A stretch of 32,000 nt of DNA, taken from positions 120,001 through 152,000 of the forward strand of contig CAYNZZ010000001.1 in the NCBI GenBank assembly GCA_964401865.1, read 5' to 3'. Below are positions 27,573 to 32,000 of the stretch, piece after piece. The DNA is from an uncultured Erysipelotrichaceae bacterium. Lineage in GTDB: Bacteria; Bacillota_I; Bacilli_A; Erysipelotrichales; Erysipelotrichaceae. The notes beneath the pieces were generated by a model that worked only from the letters and a program-made list of their open reading frames with translations, was not told where the DNA came from and ran no database searches. Both the position numbers and the translations under genes were made by a program. How positions within the stretch are numbered: the stretch's first letter is position 1; every line of letters begins with the position of its first letter.

Positions 27573-28169
27573 ATGAAAAAAATAACAATTGCTACACTGA
27601 TGTCAATTACATTAATGTTAATTTCATGTCATTCACATAACTTTACCAACGCAACTTGCACAGAACCTAAAAAATGTGAATGCGGCGAGAAAATAGGGGA
27701 ACCTTTAGGGCATACAGTCAAAATAGGTGTGTGTGATAGATGCGGCGAAAATATTAATTATGAAGAAATGGAAAGCTTTCATAATTATTTAAACAAAATT
27801 AACGATGATACATCTTTTCTTAGTGATTTCTTCGAGCAAACATATTATAACTATCTTGCCTATTATCCTTATTACGATATACATAATTACATAAAAAATC
27901 ATGTAGATACATTAATTGATATAGAAAATAGTGTTGATGAGATAATTAAAATATGTCAAAAATATCCAAACGAACTTAGTGACATAGGAAGGCAAGCAGA
28001 ATTAGTTAAATCAGCAATTCCTAGTCCATTAAGTACCGATGATAAAGAAGCTCTAAAAAAACATGTTGAGGGTATGACTGAATTTTTAAATCAATATAGT
28101 GTTTTATTAAAAATGTGTGTAGAATATAACGAAGAAGAAATAAACAAATTAGATAAATTCACGAACTAA
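27573..28169 (+). CDS. Cys-rich lipoprotein, unknown function
   Basis: ORF 27408..28169. ATG 27573 follows AAAGGAG. Signal peptide MKKITIATLMSITLMLISC (lipobox LISC), then HNFTNATCTEPKKCECGEKIGEPLGHTVKIGVCDRCGENI, then a helical C-terminal part. Confidence 0.8.
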   Translation: MKKITIATLMSITLMLISCHSHNFTNATCTEPKKCECGEKIGEPLGHTVKIGVCDRCGENINYEEMESFHNYLNKINDDTSFLSDFFEQTYYNYLAYYPYYDIHNYIKNHVDTLIDIENSVDEIIKICQKYPNELSDIGRQAELVKSAIPSPLSTDDKEALKKHVEGMTEFLNQYSVLLKMCVEYNEEEINKLDKFTN

Positions 28170-28217
28170 AAAACGAATAACAATTTATTTATATGAAAAC
28201 TTGGGTAACCAAAGTTT

Positions 28218-28312
28218 ATAGGGGTTTATCCAAACCTGTGGAGGTCATTAACAGGGGTTGATAACAGAGGTTTACACTTTATTCAAACTTAATAGTGGTC
28301 ATTTACAGGGGT
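28218..28312. repeat. array of G-rich direct repeats of unknown function
   Basis: GGTCATTAACAGGGGT (28243-28258) and GGTCATTTACAGGGGT (28297-28312) match at 15/16. The core A(C/T)AG(G/A)GGT occurs four times, starting at 28218, 28251, 28264 and 28305. AGGGGTTTATCC (28220) and AGAGGTTTACAC (28266) match at 9/12. Confidence 0.7.
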
Positions 28313-28328
28313 GTATATCAAAAAGAAT

Positions 28329-28375
28329 AAAGCTTCTGAATTCTAGATAAGTCACATTCTAGTTTCAGAAGCTTT
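28329..28375 (+). terminator. long perfect hairpin followed by a T run (terminator-like), abutting the ISL3 end
   Basis: aaagcttctgaa (28329-28340) pairs perfectly with ttcagaagcttt (28364-28375). There is an inner 5-bp extension ctaga/tctag, followed by ttttatt. Confidence 0.55.
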
Positions 28376-28400
28376 TATTGTGTCTAATGTAATTTATGTA

Positions 28401-29219
28401 TTATTTATTATAGTTTCCTCTTTTTTTGCCTTTTGTATGAACCTCGCTCTTACTTTTAGGATTACCTAATATAGCTGCGTCGTCACGTAAATACCAGAGT
28501 ATACGATTGCGATTAAATCGAAAATTATCAATCCCATGTGAGCTGGTTCTAAGGGCAGATGGTATATTATTAAATGATTCCAAAGGTCCATTTGATAAAC
28601 GTCTTTTTATATTTGGATCTGACAAAGAGTCTACATAGATAAATGAATTTACTATAGACTCACGATATCTTGTAAGCAGCTTAGAAAACTTGATGAATAT
28701 TCTGATATCACTTGTTTTGTATATTTCTATAAGTTCATCAAGACGTTTTTTTGCCTCATCAGTATCATTAATATAATTATCATTAAAATCTTCATATAAA
28801 TTCTTAAGATCACGTATGATTCTAAACTTATCATCTAATTCAAGAAAGCTCTTTTCTGAAACTGTATGTATCCATAAATCTATTTAATCGATGATTGAAT
28901 ACGAGCTCGTGATAATACCAGTTTTTAGGATTTAATAATAATACCCACTTAGCCTGTTTTAATATATAAACTTCATCTGATTCCTTGATTGTCTAATTAT
29001 TCTGGTTATTATCATGATTTTTATCTTCTAGTCTTTTTCTGTCTTTTGCCTGATATCTTTTCTTTACTTCATTGATATAGTTATTTATAAGATGTAATAG
29101 CCACTGAAGCACATGGAAGCTATCAGTTATAATCTTTGCGTTAGAGAAATACTGATTTGTATAATTTACATAGGGATCATACATATCGCAACAGATATAT
29201 TCTACAGTATTTCTTTCTT
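28401..29219 (-). pseudogene. ISL3-family transposase, C-terminal two thirds (disrupted)
   Basis: My translation reads ...EERNTVEYICCDMYDPYVNYTNQYFSNAKIITDSFHVLQWLLHL...NN, then an in-frame TAG (28993-28995). It continues TIKESDEVYILKQAKWVLLLNPKNW...FRKEL, then a frameshift near 28843-28856, then FLELDDKFRIIRDLKNLY...RRLSNGPLESFNNIPSALRTSSHGIDNFRFNRNRILWYL, with a stop at 28401-28403. Confidence 0.8.
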
Positions 29220-29273
29220 CGTGAAAACGTCAATCTCAAATTGTAGGTTTTCGCCAAGTTCAAAAATGTAGGT

Positions 29274-30026
29274 TTAGGCATCCTCCTCAAAAATATTCTT
29301 ATCTTTAATTCTATAAGACATACCAGTAATCTTGATTATTTCACAGTGATGTACCAGCCTATCAATGATCGCATTGGCTATTACAGGATCCCCAAATACC
29401 TCACCCCATTTGGAAAATGGCTGGTTAGTGGTAAGAATTGTGGATCTTTTTTCGTATCTTGCAGCTATTAACTGAAAGAATGCATATGACGAATCCCTAT
29501 CTACCGGGAGATAGCCAATCTCATCAATTATTAATAATGAGTATTTCAGATAATGTTTAACTACCTGTTCCACTCTGTTTTCCTTGGCAGCTCTTTTGAA
29601 TTTCTCCATAAGCTCTGCAAAGTTAATAAAATATGTTGATACTCTTTGACCTGCCGCTTCCATACCTATGGCAGTAGCTAAATGGGTTTTACCTACGCCT
29701 GGTGAACCCATAAGAATGATATTGGCTTTCTCATCCATGAATCTCAATGTAGCCAAATCATCAATCTTTCTTTTGTTTATTGTTGGCTGACAAGAGAAAT
29801 CAAAGTCTTTCAGCGTTTTGTGATAAGGGAATGATGATACAGTAATATTAATTTTCCTGGCTCTTTCATCTCTAAAATCAATCTCAGCTTTAGTTAATTC
29901 AACTAATGAATCAACTAGGGATTTATCTTCATTTCTTCTATCATCCAGATATATAGGTAATATTTCCTTTATCTTGGTTAATGATAAGGAATCAAGATTA
30001 TTATTTAGTTCAGCATATGTAGCCAT
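29274..30026 (-). CDS. istB: IS21-family helper ATPase IstB
   Basis: 250 aa. Walker A GSPGVGKTHLA and Walker B LLIIDEIGYLP, DnaC-like. Confidence 0.95.
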   Translation of the reverse strand: MATYAELNNNLDSLSLTKIKEILPIYLDDRRNEDKSLVDSLVELTKAEIDFRDERARKINITVSSFPYHKTLKDFDFSCQPTINKRKIDDLATLRFMDEKANIILMGSPGVGKTHLATAIGMEAAGQRVSTYFINFAELMEKFKRAAKENRVEQVVKHYLKYSLLIIDEIGYLPVDRDSSYAFFQLIAARYEKRSTILTTNQPFSKWGEVFGDPVIANAIIDRLVHHCEIIKITGMSYRIKDKNIFEEDA

Positions 30027-30029
30027 ATA

Positions 30030-31247
30030 TTATAACTTATCGAAGATCTTTAAATTATCTTCACAAATCCTTTCTATATTTTCTTCGTGAATCATATTGT
30101 GTTTTAATAGCGACTTATAATCATCAGGATTATAAGTAATTTGTTTATCAGTTATCCTGTGACTTTGAATGAGTGTTTTATTATAATAAATATTAAGGTT
30201 ATCATCTTGTCTTTCAAGAGTAACTGTCTTGCCTGTATAGGCAGGTGGTAAAGAATATTTATGTCCATCATAAGTAATCAGACAGTCTTTTGGCACTTTC
30301 CTAGTTAATACTTTCTCAGAGTAATAGGTTCCCAGTATGTCTAATCTTGGTAGTGGAAGTAAATATTCTTTTTCTTTTTCAAATCTGACAAATGGTTTTT
30401 CTTTGGTTGCAGACTGTATTTCTGAATTAATATCTTCATTTAGTTTCATGACAATATTAATCAGCTCTTCTATTGAATCAAATTCATTATTCATAACCTT
30501 AAGTCTATTCATTACCTTAGCCACTGTTTCAACCTTACCTTTGGTTTTAGGCTTATACGCAAGACAACTTTTGACTTCAAATCCGGCATCCTTGGAAAAC
30601 TGATAGAACTTATCATTATAAACAGGCTTACTGTATTGTGTTCTTGATTGATCTACAACTGTTTTCATATTATCAAACAGAAATTCCTTAGGAACTCCAC
30701 CAAAATATTTAATTGTATTTGTCAGGCATTTAAACAGTGTTGACTGTGATCTATCAAATGTCAGTTCTATATACTTAAGTCTTGAATAGCCAAGAATAGC
30801 TAAGAATATATTCACAGTAAAGGCTTCACCAAGTCTTGATACTAAAGTTAAATCCTCTTTCCAGTCTATTTGACACTGTTTACCCCGTTCGGTTTCAAAG
30901 TGTAATGTAACCTCATCCTGTTTCCTGACTTTCAAGTTTTGACAATAATACTTGATGGTAGTATAGGAACCAGTATATCCATATTTATCTTTTAAAAGAT
31001 TATATATTGCGATAGCTGGAGAATTATGTTTAAGATATTTATCTTCAATTATCGCTTCATAACCATCTATCTTCTTTTTAACCTTTCTTGGCATGCGTTT
31101 CTTTTTGTCCTTCTGACTATCTCTTTCGTTGTAGTACTTCTGTACAGTTCTATAGTCACAGTCATACTGTCTGGCTATAGCTGCGCAGTTTATTTTTTCA
31201 TCATTAAGTTTCATCAAATGTACAACCTCTTTAATGTCTTTTCGCAT
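30030..31247 (-). CDS. istA: IS21-family transposase IstA (HTH + DDE)
   Basis: ORF 30030..31253. GGAGGA directly abuts the first ATG, so the second ATG at 31247 (MRKDIKEVVHLMKLND) has better spacing. HTH NCAAIARQYDCDYRTVQKYY, DDE region CQIDWKE and FLFDNMKTVV. Confidence 0.93.
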   Translation of the reverse strand: MRKDIKEVVHLMKLNDEKINCAAIARQYDCDYRTVQKYYNERDSQKDKKKRMPRKVKKKIDGYEAIIEDKYLKHNSPAIAIYNLLKDKYGYTGSYTTIKYYCQNLKVRKQDEVTLHFETERGKQCQIDWKEDLTLVSRLGEAFTVNIFLAILGYSRLKYIELTFDRSQSTLFKCLTNTIKYFGGVPKEFLFDNMKTVVDQSRTQYSKPVYNDKFYQFSKDAGFEVKSCLAYKPKTKGKVETVAKVMNRLKVMNNEFDSIEELINIVMKLNEDINSEIQSATKEKPFVRFEKEKEYLLPLPRLDILGTYYSEKVLTRKVPKDCLITYDGHKYSLPPAYTGKTVTLERQDDNLNIYYNKTLIQSHRITDKQITYNPDDYKSLLKHNMIHEENIERICEDNLKIFDKL

Positions 31248-31350
31248 ACACATTCCTCCATATAATCAATATGATTATATGAAAAGAATGTAGGTAGCAC
31301 CTACATTTTTGAGATTGGCGTTTTCCTACATTTCTATTATGGCGTTTTCA

Positions 31351-31969
31351 CTTTCTTTTGGGATAGACAGAAAATATCTTTCAGTATATTCTTTTCTGCG
31401 GCTTTCGATAATATCTAATACTTCGCCTGTAATGAAGTTCATTATGACCAAAGCATATTTGCAATCTAGAGATATGTTAAGATAAACCTCATCAATACAG
31501 ATAAACTTTGTAAGTTTTAGTCTTGGAAGATCTACATAACGAAAAATAACTGATGTACATAGGTATCTGATACAGAATACATACTGGCTATTTGTCTACA
31601 CGAAAGTCTTATGTCTTTCATTGCCATGATTATTCTGAAGTCGACAATTTTAGTAACACGTTTTCTTTTCTCAATGAAGTTGAACTGATCATAACAGGAG
31701 TATGTACATTCAGGATTACTACATTTCCATCTCCTTCCAATTACAGTAATCTCAAGTTTATACCCGTCGTTTAATATCTGATTATTAGGGTATCTTCTGA
31801 ATTGACCTTTGGAGTTTAACTTATATCCACATAACGGACATACCAAATCATGCCTAAGATTTTTCATGATGGTTACTGATTTAGTATCACCATCAACACT
31901 TGTATCTACTATTGATGAATCTTCATCAACCAGATTTAAAATCTGTGCTATACTATCTTTGATAATTAT
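31351..31969 (-). pseudogene. ISL3-family transposase, N-terminal third (disrupted)
   Basis: The frame is open from ATA/ATT/ATC at 31969-31961 (IIIKDSIAQILNLVDEDSSIVDTSVDGDTKSVTI), with no ATG before MKNLRHDLVCPLCG at 31867. Stop at 31532-31534. The next frame continues RYVDLPRLKLTKFICIDEVYLNISLDCKYALVIMNFITGEVLDIIESRRKEYTERYFLSIPKE, implying a 1-nt loss in the A5 run at 31542-31546. Confidence 0.8.
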
Positions 31970-32000
31970 TCCTTCTTTCTATTTTTTATTAGACACAATC

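Larger units (their letters stand above)
29220..31350 (-). mobile_element. IS21-family insertion sequence (istA-istB), apparently intact, ~2.13 kb
   Basis: Ends TGAAAACGTCA (from 29222) and TGGCGTTTTCA (to 31350) are inverted copies. Both ends carry repeated subterminal motifs (AATGTAGG, CGCCAA, TCAAAAATGTAGGT), typical of IS21 multi-repeat termini. The 7-bp direct repeat CTTTCTT at 29213-29219 and 31351-31357 flanks it, with 2 extra nt (cg, 29220-29221) on the left. Removing the element and one repeat copy restores the ISL3 reading frame (SIPKERNTVEY). Confidence 0.88.
28377..32000 (-). mobile_element. decayed ISL3-family element (right end at or beyond the window edge) carrying a nested IS21-family element
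   Basis: Transposase fragments with ISL3 hallmarks on the minus strand: zinc-finger N-terminus CPLCG...WKCSNPEC, central DSFHVLQW, C-terminal SNGPLESFNN. A 12-bp perfect inverted repeat ATTGTGTCTAAT (28377-28388) / ATTAGACACAAT (31988-31999) brackets them. The true outer boundary cannot be set because the window ends. Confidence 0.7.

Noticed and set aside
28193-28261. 22-codon ORF (MKTWVTKVYRGLSKPVEVINRG) overlapping the G-rich repeat array
   Set aside because: No Shine-Dalgarno and very short. The repeats themselves are the more likely reason for the sequence pattern.

Overview
Visibly AT-rich Bacillota-type chromosomal segment. Gene content suggests a low-GC gut Firmicute, perhaps Erysipelotrichia-like, but the taxon cannot be verified from here. 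The left two thirds are mostly plus-strand housekeeping genes: tex, pgk-tpiA-eno, a stand-alone PduL-type phosphate acyltransferase, a Trp-specific T-box leader driving a trpB-trpA pair only, nrdD-nrdG, and rpmH-rnpA-yidC-jag. Embedded among them is a signalling and efflux island. It holds two adjacent AgrC/LytS-like membrane proteins that each carry a complementary half of a histidine kinase, a convergent LytTR response regulator, an ABC exporter with a G9 tract at its start, and a divergent PadR plus DUF1700-DUF4097 pair. The right third, after jag, is accessory. It contains an intact IS3-family element with inverted repeats, a -1 frameshift site and a 4-bp duplication, inserted into what looks like the jag terminator. 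This is followed by a nitroreductase and a three-gene cluster of unknown function (membrane protein, zinc-ribbon protein, Cys-rich lipoprotein) whose promoter is built from a G10 tract and a (TA)13 tract. Next come an unexplained G-rich repeat array and a decayed ISL3-family element split by an intact IS21-family element. No rRNA, tRNA or CRISPR array was seen. The best candidates for something new are (1) the repeat-built promoter and its uncharacterised surface-protein cluster, (2) the split kinase with its LytTR regulator, and (3) the T-box trpBA pair with a degenerate TrpA. All functional calls come from reading the translated ORFs and motifs by eye. No database search was run.
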